Part shown: piece by piece, positions 9,078 through 17,415 of the stretch | Numbering within the stretch: position 1 is the first letter of the stretch | Layout: each line of letters begins with the position of its first letter | DNA from: a virus | Taxonomy: Duplodnaviria; Caudoviricetes | Length of the DNA stretch: 36,793 nt | Virus record (IMG/VR): IMGVR_UViG_3300008255_000257 | Coordinates: 1 to 36,793 of that record | Direction: 5' to 3' (one strand) | Translations under genes and position numbers: made by a program | Notes under the pieces: model-generated | Told to the model about the DNA's origin: nothing | The model's database searches: none | What the model saw: only the letters and a program-made list of their open reading frames with translations

Positions 9078-10058
9078 CTACGCTGGAGTAACACCAATAC
9101 CTGATGTAGCGGCAGTTGGAACTGGCGCAACAACCTGCATTTGATCCGCAGTAACTGCAAAGTTGGTCGTATTGAAGGTGGCAGGATTGGCGAAGTTAAG
9201 CGTGCCTTTTACAAGACTACTTACACTCGCGACAGCGTTTGTAAGCGCTATACCGCCTGCCGAATCAACTGAAGCCATAAAGATACAGTTTTTAAACAGA
9301 TTGGTGAAAAGCACATCGGACGTCGCAACAACTTTTATAAAGAGCGCCGTAGCCGAACTTGAGGATATCAAGAAAATACAATCTTCCAAGATGTTTGATT
9401 TAAACTCTTGGCTGGCTGTAACTTGATCAATCGTGAAAACAGTTCGCGCCGCGCTAGTCAAAAGGGTTTCTGTTCCAAATAGACACTTTATAAATGTCGC
9501 AGAATCAGCGCCACAAAGAACTTCCGTGGCGGTTGTCAGGTCAAGATTACCCACTACCCCGAAAGTAAAGGTGCAATTTTTATACAGATTGCCTTCGCCT
9601 CCCTCCTCCAAAACATGAAGGGCAGTTGCTTCCGTGCCAGCTTGAATAAATTTAATATTTCTAAAGCTGTTTCGGACACCGGTAACTTTTATCACATACG
9701 CAGCCGTGTCAGCAGTGGCATTTTGGACTTTGGTTCCTTGCTGGACTAGGCGGTCTCCGCCGTCTAGTCCGATAACGGTAATCCTGCTTTTATCCCAAGC
9801 GATGCCAGATGCAATTGTGTGGGTAGTGTTTGCGCTCATGAAAATTGTATCGCCTCGAGAGGAAACACAAGCATCTTCTGCGGCTGTGAGTGTAGTAAAG
9901 ACATTCTTTACTCCATATCTCTTCACTAGAAGCGGATAATTAGTGTCGGAGTCTTCCATCACATAGAATACTTCTCCGTAAGTTAGAACACTGGCGCGCA
10001 GAACATCATCTACGAGTTCTCTGCGTACGCCGGAAATAATATCTTCTTTAAAACTCAT
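9078..10058 (-). CDS. Right-handed beta-helix (pectin-lyase-like) virion protein
   Basis: TTLTAAEDACVSSRGDTIFM entry motif then repeated xxFxNCxF coils; likely start is ATG 10058 (MSFKEDI). Confidence 0.7.
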   Translation of the reverse strand: MSFKEDIISGVRRELVDDVLRASVLTYGEVFYVMEDSDTNYPLLVKRYGVKNVFTTLTAAEDACVSSRGDTIFMSANTTHTIASGIAWDKSRITVIGLDGGDRLVQQGTKVQNATADTAAYVIKVTGVRNSFRNIKFIQAGTEATALHVLEEGGEGNLYKNCTFTFGVVGNLDLTTATEVLCGADSATFIKCLFGTETLLTSAARTVFTIDQVTASQEFKSNILEDCIFLISSSSATALFIKVVATSDVLFTNLFKNCIFMASVDSAGGIALTNAVASVSSLVKGTLNFANPATFNTTNFAVTADQMQVVAPVPTAATSGIGVTPA

Positions 10059-10129
10059 TATTTTCTTCGCCCGACTGTTAAGTGTGCCGTACACTATCGA
10101 GCGATACCATGTTCACGACATTTTGTAAT

Positions 10130-10618
10130 TTAGAAAAGAAAACCAGTAGAATCATACTTCCTATGGCAAGCGATACAAAGTTGAATAAAATTACTTCTAA
10201 TCCGCTTGTACTCCTTGCCTTTTAGTAAAGCCCATTCATATCTATAAGGTTTTCGTAAAAATTTCTTTGAGCCCATGCGAGGATAAAAACATTTCTCATT
10301 TTCGCACTTATTGGCTTTTCCAAAATTCTTATGAAGCCAAACATGAATACCATGATATCCCACTTCGTCTCCTTTCCAATTAGAACCTTTTTCACCTCGT
10401 TGTGCTTCACTTTTTTTGAGTAAAGTTTCTTCAGATGGTTTATATCCAAGATGTGATTTTCTTTGTTTCGCTTTCCACGTTTTGGTGTAAGGGAAATATT
10501 TATAACCACATTTCCTCGAACAAAACTTAGTTCTATTTTTCCAATCTTTTAAAGAACGTGTAGGTTGCTTGATAATAATTTTGCCACAATATAGGCAAGG
10601 TTTGGTTAATGTTTTCAT
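10130..10618 (-). CDS. HNH-variant homing-endonuclease-like protein with NUMOD3-like motif
   Basis: CxxC...FCSRKC Zn motif, SHLGYKPSEETLLKKSEAQRG (NUMOD3-like), WKGDEVGYHGIHVWL...YEWA...NFIQLCIACHRKYD nuclease-like domain. Confidence 0.7.
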   Translation of the reverse strand: MKTLTKPCLYCGKIIIKQPTRSLKDWKNRTKFCSRKCGYKYFPYTKTWKAKQRKSHLGYKPSEETLLKKSEAQRGEKGSNWKGDEVGYHGIHVWLHKNFGKANKCENEKCFYPRMGSKKFLRKPYRYEWALLKGKEYKRIRSNFIQLCIACHRKYDSTGFLF

Positions 10619-10653
10619 CCTCTAACTCTACCATAACCATTATCCGATAGCAA
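10619..10653 (-). promoter_or_regulatory. Sigma70-like promoter giving a leaderless transcript
   Basis: TTGCTA-N17-(TGG)TAGAGT-N6-ATG(10618). Confidence 0.55.
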
Positions 10654-10666
10654 ACCTAACTACAGT

Positions 10667-10999
10667 CTACCCTAAGGCCAACCATGATAACTGCTCATTT
10701 ATCACATTGAGGTCAGTATCAAGACCAACAGTGAATCCGTAGGAAAGTTGGGTAATACCGAGAGTGGTTATTAAAGAACCATCCCCAGCTACTACGCTTT
10801 TCCAAGCGGAATCCGCCGCCATACCGTGATACCACTCAGCTGTTGAGCCAGTGGCGGCTAAATTTTGAACCTTCACATACAATGGCTTGAAGCCAGTGGT
10901 AATAGTAAAGGCGGCAGCTGTATCGGAAGTTAGATATCGTCCTACAGCGATTTGGACGACACTTGCGGAATTTTTTACTTGTGTTGAAGTTACAGCCAT
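10667..10999 (-). CDS. Putative head decoration/minor capsid protein
   Basis: 110-aa A/T/G-rich beta-type protein downstream of the MCP. Confidence 0.55.
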   Translation of the reverse strand: MAVTSTQVKNSASVVQIAVGRYLTSDTAAAFTITTGFKPLYVKVQNLAATGSTAEWYHGMAADSAWKSVVAGDGSLITTLGITQLSYGFTVGLDTDLNVINEQLSWLALG

Positions 11000-11006
11000 A
11001 CATTTT

Positions 11007-11050
11007 CTTCATCACTTTCGTTTCTCTTGCGAGAGCTTTCGCTGATGAAG
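11007..11050 (-). ncRNA. Compact four-way-junction RNA element with three GNRA tetraloops (5' leader)
   Basis: CUUCAUC-[AGC GAAA GCU]-[CUC GCAA GAG]-AA-[AC GAAA GU]-GAUGAAG, ending 7 nt before AUG 10999. Confidence 0.6.
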
Positions 11051-11092
11051 TGTTAAACAAACATTAATAATACTTGCCCGCCCTTTGGCAGG

Positions 11093-11641
11093 CTATCGGC
11101 CAAGCGCATTATCAGCGCCGGGCTTCGTGTTACTTTCTATCCTATCCCTAGAAAGTGCCACCAAGGTCTGATTAAGAGATTGACGAATAATTTTTGCAAC
11201 AGAAACAGGAAGGTCAATATAGGTATTAGTGGGTAGGTCTAATCTATATCCATTAAGTGTTACAGAATACGGCACCTTAGGATCAGAACCCTCAGGAAGT
11301 GGAATCATAGTGAAAACCTTTGTCTCAGATAGGAGAAATCTTTTCATTTTTTCAGCTTTACTACCCTTATCTGGGTCAGTTGCTATTTCACTATTAGGAT
11401 AAGTCCAAAGTGGAGTGTTATTTACTTTCTTATACTGAAATTTGCGTAAATAATCTTCTTCCTCCTCTTCGTCTTTTACTTCCTCTTCTTCTACTTGAGC
11501 TGAAGATTTTAGTCTTTCAGGTGCTTCTTCTTTACTAGAGTCTTCTAAAGACTCATCATTTTCTTCTAGGAGGTCTTTTTCCTCCTCTTCGTCTTTTACT
11601 TTAGCTTTTTTAGGAGCTAATTTTTTGGGAATTTTAGCCAT
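11093..11641 (-). CDS. Hypothetical protein (head module), basic then acidic N-terminus
   Basis: 182-aa ORF directly after the MCP. Confidence 0.7.
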   Translation of the reverse strand: MAKIPKKLAPKKAKVKDEEEEKDLLEENDESLEDSSKEEAPERLKSSAQVEEEEVKDEEEEEDYLRKFQYKKVNNTPLWTYPNSEIATDPDKGSKAEKMKRFLLSETKVFTMIPLPEGSDPKVPYSVTLNGYRLDLPTNTYIDLPVSVAKIIRQSLNQTLVALSRDRIESNTKPGADNALGR

Positions 11642-11673
11642 AATTAATTTGGATTAAACTAGTAAAATAACAA

Positions 11674-12630
11674 CTAGGCACTTACTCCGTGTTCAATTCT
11701 CACCGCAAAGTTCTCATTCAAGCGCTTACATACGAAAGTAGCCTTCCAGCCGGAAGTTGCGCGTTGGTTAAGAGGGTCTGCTGTTCCAGCTGAACCTAGA
11801 GGCTTGATGATGTTAGTCATTGCCTCGCCGGAAATTCTGGAGATTCCATAAAAGTCCTGCGCAAGAATCATAGTCCTATGCACAGTCGTCAAAGAACCTG
11901 CAGTTGTAGATGCGTTTGTAGTCATAACGAAACGAACATCATCCAAAGCGCCAACTTCTCCTTCCATCACATTCGCTTGACTAGCGTAATTTTCCACAGC
12001 TACGAAACCAGTTTCGTCCTTTAGGTCATAAAGGGTGTTGTGAGAAATAATACCAATATAAGCGGCATTGATAGGGGAAGTATCAAAGGCGTCTTTTGGA
12101 TTAATCATTTCCGTGATTTTCTTTGCGTCATTGCCTTGCAATGTTCGCACAGCTTCACGAACCTCATCGCGAGTTAATGTCATAGAAGAGGTTACAGTAT
12201 CTGTAGTAGTAGCGCTTGAAGCGTACTGTACAGTCGAACCAGCCACTAAAACATCACGAGCAATTTGGTCTAGGGAATTTCCAGCCTGTTGTCCTAAAAG
12301 CTTTGCTGTTTCAGAAAGCAATGGGTCAAGGGTTGAAAATTGTAAAACGTCAGTAAGAGTGACAAAGTCACCATACTGAGCTACGGTTGCGGAAATATCA
12401 GTTACAGAGAGAGCTGTGCCGGATGGCGTTACTCCTTCTGTTAGAGCGGTGGTATTTGCGGTCAATAATCCATATCTGCGGAATTTAATCACAGTTGAAT
12501 TATTGCGGGGAATATCTCTAACTTGTCCCCATTTAACATGCACTAAAAGCGGACGCGCCGCATTTAGCATTCTTCGGTCGTAAAAACTATTTACGCCAGA
12601 AGAAACTTCAGTCGTCGTTGTATCAGCCAT
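11674..12630 (-). CDS. Major capsid protein, N4-gp56 family
   Basis: Motifs IPRNNSTVIKFRRY, LTEGVTP, QYGDFVTLTD, GEVGALDDVRFV and DPLNQRATSGWK are characteristic of this family. Confidence 0.9.
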   Translation of the reverse strand: MADTTTTEVSSGVNSFYDRRMLNAARPLLVHVKWGQVRDIPRNNSTVIKFRRYGLLTANTTALTEGVTPSGTALSVTDISATVAQYGDFVTLTDVLQFSTLDPLLSETAKLLGQQAGNSLDQIARDVLVAGSTVQYASSATTTDTVTSSMTLTRDEVREAVRTLQGNDAKKITEMINPKDAFDTSPINAAYIGIISHNTLYDLKDETGFVAVENYASQANVMEGEVGALDDVRFVMTTNASTTAGSLTTVHRTMILAQDFYGISRISGEAMTNIIKPLGSAGTADPLNQRATSGWKATFVCKRLNENFAVRIEHGVSA

Positions 12631-12685
12631 TTTTTTTCAGCTGGGAGTATCGGACATAAGCTCCAGCTTGCTTTTTAGTTTTTAA

Positions 12686-13423
12686 TTACTTCTTGAGAAA
12701 CTTTCCTCGCGCGACATCTTTTTCCATTTGGGAAAATTCTTCTTCACTCATGTTCTGGATGTCTTCTGCGGAAGGTAGATCTCCTACTTTTCCTTGTTCA
12801 TGAATACTTCTACCGCCCCCTTTACTTTGCTTAGCCTCAAGTTCTGCGGCCGCTTTTCTTTTCGCACCGAGAGCTTGGGCGGCATTCCAGGCTAAGTGAT
12901 GATAAATAGCGGATGGTGGTACTCCTTTCCAAGCTTCATGAGCCATATATGCTTTAATATGATTCGTGAATTTTTTAGCTTCCGGTTCTGCTTGGATGAG
13001 AGCTTGAAATTCAGCTTCATCTGCATCACTGGCCAGCTTGCCTAAAAGTGGAGCAACAGCCTTACTCACTTCTTTTCTAATTACACTACTTGTGTCATTA
13101 GGGTCATCTTCTGTATCGTCTTCTTCGTACCCAGCTTCCTCTTCGTCTTTTTTAGACTTAAGTTTTTCTATCTGCTTGTTTTTACGAGCAATAATATGCT
13201 GAGCTACGCTTGTTCTGATAGGTATTTCAGGAGGTTTTTCAGGGTCAATAGTGTCATCAAATTCATCTTCCTCCTCATCTTCATCCTTTTCTTCTTCTTC
13301 TTTGCCTTTATTTTCGGTGTCGGCTTCGGCACCCTCACTACCGGCTGGAGCAACGTAATCAGGATTTTTAGTTCCATCATCGTTATACTCTTGATCCGGA
13401 GTGGCGTTTGTTTTGTCTGCCAT
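12686..13423 (-). CDS. Scaffolding protein
   Basis: Very acidic N-terminus, helical C-terminus ending ..IQNMSEEEFSQMEKDV..; immediately upstream of the MCP. Start is 13423 or 13441. Confidence 0.7.
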   Translation of the reverse strand: MADKTNATPDQEYNDDGTKNPDYVAPAGSEGAEADTENKGKEEEEKDEDEEEDEFDDTIDPEKPPEIPIRTSVAQHIIARKNKQIEKLKSKKDEEEAGYEEDDTEDDPNDTSSVIRKEVSKAVAPLLGKLASDADEAEFQALIQAEPEAKKFTNHIKAYMAHEAWKGVPPSAIYHHLAWNAAQALGAKRKAAAELEAKQSKGGGRSIHEQGKVGDLPSAEDIQNMSEEEFSQMEKDVARGKFLKK

Positions 13424-13440
13424 AGTGTTTTTAGTTAGCA

Positions 13441-13561
13441 TGAAATTTCAGAAATGGCGAGAAAACTGAAATTTCAGACGGATAATATAGGGTAATTATA
13501 TACCCAGACTTATTATCAACGCAAATGTGGATAACAAGTCTGGGTATACAATGCGGGTTAT
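13441..13561. promoter_or_regulatory. Regulatory intergenic region: twin palindromes TGAAATTTCA and a long hairpin containing a DnaA box
   Basis: TGAAATTTCA at 13441-13450 and 13467-13476; inverted repeat 13495-13552; TGTGGATAA at 13526-13534. Confidence 0.65.
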
Positions 13562-13578
13562 TTTATTTTAATGAGCTA

Positions 13579-13890
13579 TCATTTTTCGTAAGGATCAAAT
13601 TCTTTTGGTCTTTCGTTGGGCGGAGTTTCTAGCCAGGACATTAGATTTTCGGGAGTCTTTATTAATGTATCTAGGAATTGTTTTTTTGATTTAAAAAGTT
13701 CATTCACCATCTTATATTGCTCTGGTGGAAGATCTAAAATATCATTCCCATCCATTTGTTTTTGAATATGTGCCTTACTTTCTTCTATTGCTTCTACAAT
13801 AAGTCGCCAAAATTCTGTTTGCTGGCCAGTTCGTAGTATTTCTATCTTTGAAGCATCTGCACTATTTGATTTTGTTATTTTTTTTCCCAT
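13579..13890 (-). CDS. Hypothetical protein (small gene after portal)
   Basis: 103-aa helical ORF coupled to the portal stop. Confidence 0.7.
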   Translation of the reverse strand: MGKKITKSNSADASKIEILRTGQQTEFWRLIVEAIEESKAHIQKQMDGNDILDLPPEQYKMVNELFKSKKQFLDTLIKTPENLMSWLETPPNERPKEFDPYEK

Positions 13891-13891
13891 A

Positions 13892-15823
13892 TTATTGTAC
13901 TAAACCGGACGGCTCAGGTGTCTCTTCCTGTCCCGGTGTCGGTGCACCTTTAATTTGTAATCCTTGTGGGGGTGGAAATAAGTCAGGGCGGTCACGTTTT
14001 TGGACCATAAGAATTTTGTGCATTTGAATATGCGACAAGCTCCAAGCGTTTTGATTTGCTTTAGAGTGAATATCAATATGAGTTAAATGATCATCAGTTA
14101 TAGAAGCATAAATTTGTTTTCTATCATTTAATAAAATATTTTCATCTTCAGCTTGTAGTTCATCTACAGTTGGAGGAAAGGCAAGATCCACTTCTTCCTT
14201 AGTTAGGCCATTTAGTCTAGCCGCTTTCTTTTGTAAAAATCTTCTATTAGCAGTTGGATCTTGAAGAGTAATAGAAAGATATCCATTAAAATTCTGTTGT
14301 TCTCGTTGTCGCTTTGCTTCAGAAAGTACTTTTGATTCTATTTTGACATCTGGGTCTACGGTGGAGATTATATTTTCTCGGGTAAGTTCTCGCCAAATAG
14401 GAGCCATAGCACCGTGAATTCTAATAACTTTTTCATCTAGTTTGTCTTTAAAATGCTTTTTATAAAGCACATACCAAAGAAGCCAGAACGCTCGTTCACT
14501 CCAGCCGAATATCTTAGCGGAAAGAGCAAATCTTTTATCTCCACCAGCAGTAGCTAATTGTTGTTCTCCTAGAGTTCGGTTGGTTTTACTTTGTATTCCT
14601 TGCCTTATTTCAGTAGCAGCGGTGGCCCGTTGAGCAGAAACGTCCAGCACTTCCATTAATAATGTAGCAAATTGATGAGCAGAAGACTTTTGGACCGGTG
14701 TAACTGCTCCGTCTGTCGCCCCATCTACAGGAATCCATTTATTAATACGCAGATTAAGGTCGTTTTTGTTTTTAATCTTTGTCTGATCAAAAAGGTATGA
14801 GGGAGTTACTTCTGCTGTGGCAGATTCCATTCCAATATTTAGAAGTTTTGCGCGCGCTCTTTGTTTGTCTTCAGTAATATCCGGAATACTTACTCCATCC
14901 CAATTAGCGGCCATAGGATATAAAGTACGATCAAGGAGAGGCCACATACCGTTATAATCTAGCTTTATCATGCGCACAATGACCTTCCTGGAGTTTCCTA
15001 GGGTTACAAGGTACTTCTGTCCTTTTATAGTAGTAAACCAGTTTAGAAGGCGAAATTCGTAGTTTTGATATTTACCAAGTCCTTCTTCTTTTTCTGAGAA
15101 GTCTTCTAGCCCTTGCGCCTGTTTGTGAGCCGAGCGAAGCTCTTCTACTAAATCATTATTTACTTCCTTGCCTTTTTTAAGAGATTCTATATTAAAATAT
15201 CCGGGTAAATCTTTTAACTCATAATAAGTTGCGCCAACTTCCCATCCTCCAAATCTCATAGCACCTTTTCCACTTGCATTTCCATTTACAGATGTTGCAC
15301 GAGGATCTCTAATAAAAGTTGCCGCGTCTATATTTTCTGGAATAGGACACATTTTATCCCGATTAAATTCCATTAATAAAAGTAATCCTCGGCCAAAGAA
15401 TAAGGTGTCCCAATCCCAAAGATAGTCAGTCTGAGACTTTTGCATTACATCATAGTCAAATTCAGACATAGCGTTTAGATTATCTTCCACGTCTTCGTCT
15501 CCCCGGCCACCTCGGCCCTCCCAGGAGGACATTAATCTATCATCATAAAGATCAGCTAAAACTGTGTTCATTACTGTAAACATAAGTGGATCACCAACAG
15601 CTTTATCATCTCTCATTTGGTTATTGTAGAGTTTTAGTCTAGCAAGATTTTTTATACGCTTAGCTTGGTTAAAAGGAAAGGCCACTTGATACTCAGATTC
15701 TATTTGGCGAACCAATGCTTCTTGAGTTTTAACGTCAATAATATCAGAGATGATATTTTCTCCCTCCACTATTTCTCTTTCTATGTCGGTGTATTTGATT
15801 TTTACTTTTTCTGTTTTTGCCAT
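13892..15823 (-). CDS. Portal protein (P22-like/podovirus type)
   Basis: 643-aa largely helical protein between terminase and scaffold/MCP, with portal-like motifs (DTLFFGRG, EDKQRARAKLLN, TAATEIRQG). Confidence 0.8.
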   Translation of the reverse strand: MAKTEKVKIKYTDIEREIVEGENIISDIIDVKTQEALVRQIESEYQVAFPFNQAKRIKNLARLKLYNNQMRDDKAVGDPLMFTVMNTVLADLYDDRLMSSWEGRGGRGDEDVEDNLNAMSEFDYDVMQKSQTDYLWDWDTLFFGRGLLLLMEFNRDKMCPIPENIDAATFIRDPRATSVNGNASGKGAMRFGGWEVGATYYELKDLPGYFNIESLKKGKEVNNDLVEELRSAHKQAQGLEDFSEKEEGLGKYQNYEFRLLNWFTTIKGQKYLVTLGNSRKVIVRMIKLDYNGMWPLLDRTLYPMAANWDGVSIPDITEDKQRARAKLLNIGMESATAEVTPSYLFDQTKIKNKNDLNLRINKWIPVDGATDGAVTPVQKSSAHQFATLLMEVLDVSAQRATAATEIRQGIQSKTNRTLGEQQLATAGGDKRFALSAKIFGWSERAFWLLWYVLYKKHFKDKLDEKVIRIHGAMAPIWRELTRENIISTVDPDVKIESKVLSEAKRQREQQNFNGYLSITLQDPTANRRFLQKKAARLNGLTKEEVDLAFPPTVDELQAEDENILLNDRKQIYASITDDHLTHIDIHSKANQNAWSLSHIQMHKILMVQKRDRPDLFPPPQGLQIKGAPTPGQEETPEPSGLVQ

Positions 15824-15825
15824 AT

Positions 15826-16296
15826 TTATTTATATGGAGAAAGCACTGCTTCTCTTGGATGAAAAGGTGCTTCTCCTTCTACCATCGGCACAATAAATTC
15901 CGGATGTGTCAGGCATTGATAAACTGCTTCTTCATTATCTGTTTTTAATACACGCCAATTACACTCAGTTACTCCACGCTTCCTGGCTTCAGTTCTGAGT
16001 TCTTCTCTTTCATCTTCAATTTTCTTTTCTCCGTGGATTATTGCATCAACAGTTCTAATTGCGCCGGAAAGAATTATTTCTTCACAGATTTTAAATTGTT
16101 CTTCTGGATAGGGAGATTTTGTCAGGCCGATTTTATATTTTAATCTATTAAAAATGTTGGGTTTTAATTCTACATAGTCTTGAAAAAGATTTTTGCGTCT
16201 ATCGGTAATAAAATATTGAAAGATATAATTAAAATGGAATATGTAAATACGATAATCTTTTTTATACTCTATTTTTTTTAATACTTTTATTTTCAT
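15826..16296 (-). CDS. Hypothetical protein
   Basis: 156-aa ORF, coupled to neighbours. Confidence 0.65.
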   Translation of the reverse strand: MKIKVLKKIEYKKDYRIYIFHFNYIFQYFITDRRKNLFQDYVELKPNIFNRLKYKIGLTKSPYPEEQFKICEEIILSGAIRTVDAIIHGEKKIEDEREELRTEARKRGVTECNWRVLKTDNEEAVYQCLTHPEFIVPMVEGEAPFHPREAVLSPYK

Positions 16297-16625
16297 TTTT
16301 TTGCCATGTGTCTTAGGGCATTACTTTCATATTTTCTAAACTCCTCGTCACTCATATCTTCTATATCCATTGTATTATAAGCCAAGATATCAAAGGAGGC
16401 CGAAGCATTTATTTTAGCTGGCTTATCAGCGATTGCTTCGTCTTGGAAACTTTTCATTTCCACTTCGATCATTATTTGATACTTCTCGCCAACTTTCCAA
16501 TTTCGTATTTCCGGCATTTGCTTATCATTCACATGAAAAGAAGGAGGCCAAGCACTAGGACCTTCAATAGACTTTGCCACATCTTTATCCATTTTCTCTA
16601 TTGGTATTTTTTTTAATTTAAACAT
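16293..16625 (-). CDS. Hypothetical protein
   Basis: 110-aa ORF with overlapping start/stop. Confidence 0.65.
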   Translation of the reverse strand: MFKLKKIPIEKMDKDVAKSIEGPSAWPPSFHVNDKQMPEIRNWKVGEKYQIMIEVEMKSFQDEAIADKPAKINASASFDILAYNTMDIEDMSDEEFRKYESNALRHMAKK

Positions 16626-16983
16626 TGAGGCGATTTTTAGCTACTAATCCATTAAACCAATGACGAGGATTTTTAGGATAACTTTTAACTACTTTCTCGT
16701 TCAGCAACTCAGGGATGGGAGTTTTTGTTTTAAAATGAAATAGTTTCTGAAAGAATTGTTTGATTTTTAGTTTAAATAAAATATAATAATATTTAAAAGA
16801 AAAATTCTTTTTGAAAGTGCCGGCTTTGATCTGTCGCTCTCTCTGTTCTTCCATTCTCTTAGTAGCCATTTCAATATTTCTTTTACGAGGTGTGACACCA
16901 GTAGAATAATTTAATACTCTTCGCTTATGAGAAAGTTTTTTTTTCTTCTTCTTTTTACCAGATTGTAAATATTTATTTGACAT
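16618..16983 (-). CDS. Hypothetical lysine-rich protein
   Basis: 121-aa basic ORF in the operon. Confidence 0.55.
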   Translation of the reverse strand: MSNKYLQSGKKKKKKKLSHKRRVLNYSTGVTPRKRNIEMATKRMEEQRERQIKAGTFKKNFSFKYYYILFKLKIKQFFQKLFHFKTKTPIPELLNEKVVKSYPKNPRHWFNGLVAKNRLNV

Positions 16984-16991
16984 AAAATTTC

Positions 16992-17213
16992 TTAATTAAA
17001 TTCTCCAGCTTTAGCTTTTCTTTCCATCTCTTTCATTTTTTCATCATGCTTTTTCATAACATTAACCTGAGGGGCCATTATTTTAGAGGATATATTTTGT
17101 ACTTTCCTTTTTACTGAAGATCCTATTGTTGTTATATTTCTACGAACTATTTGAAAAGGAGATGGGGCTGTCCCTGCCGCTTTATGAAATATTTTTTCTA
17201 ATTTTTTACTCAT
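16992..17213 (-). CDS. Hypothetical basic protein
   Basis: 73-aa ORF, first gene after the promoter at about 17280. Confidence 0.6.
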   Translation of the reverse strand: MSKKLEKIFHKAAGTAPSPFQIVRRNITTIGSSVKRKVQNISSKIMAPQVNVMKKHDEKMKEMERKAKAGEFN

Positions 17214-17276
17214 ATTTTTAAAAAATTAATAATAAAAAAATCCTAACGAGGATTTCGCGGGTTATGTATTACTTTT

Positions 17277-17323
17277 ATTATATAACTAAAAGGATAATTA
17301 ACAAAAATTAAAAGTGTGGATAA
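17277..17323 (-). promoter_or_regulatory. Promoter of the portal/head operon with adjacent DnaA box
   Basis: TTGTTA(17304-17299)-N16-TATAAT(17282-17277); perfect DnaA box at 17315-17323. Confidence 0.55.
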
Positions 17324-17340
17324 CTACTGAATAACTTTTT

Positions 17341-17372
17341 AAAAAACAAAAGGGCGTTTTAAGGTACGCCCC
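17341..17372 (-). terminator. Intrinsic terminator closing the GC-rich cassette
   Basis: GGGCGT-ACCTTAAA-ACGCCC followed by TTTTGTTTTTT on the minus strand. Confidence 0.75.
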
Positions 17373-17415
17373 GGACCCGCTGGAGGATTAGTCCAGCACA
17401 AGAATGATCACCTCC

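Noticed and set aside
10095-10666. Group I intron housing the HNH gene
   Set aside because: Flanking genes are intact with their own start and stop codons, the flanks are too short, and no P/Q/R/S core was recognised.
11007-11050. Possible hammerhead ribozyme (CTGATGA on the plus strand)
   Set aside because: The required GAAA core is on the opposite strand; CTGATGA is simply part of the closing stem.
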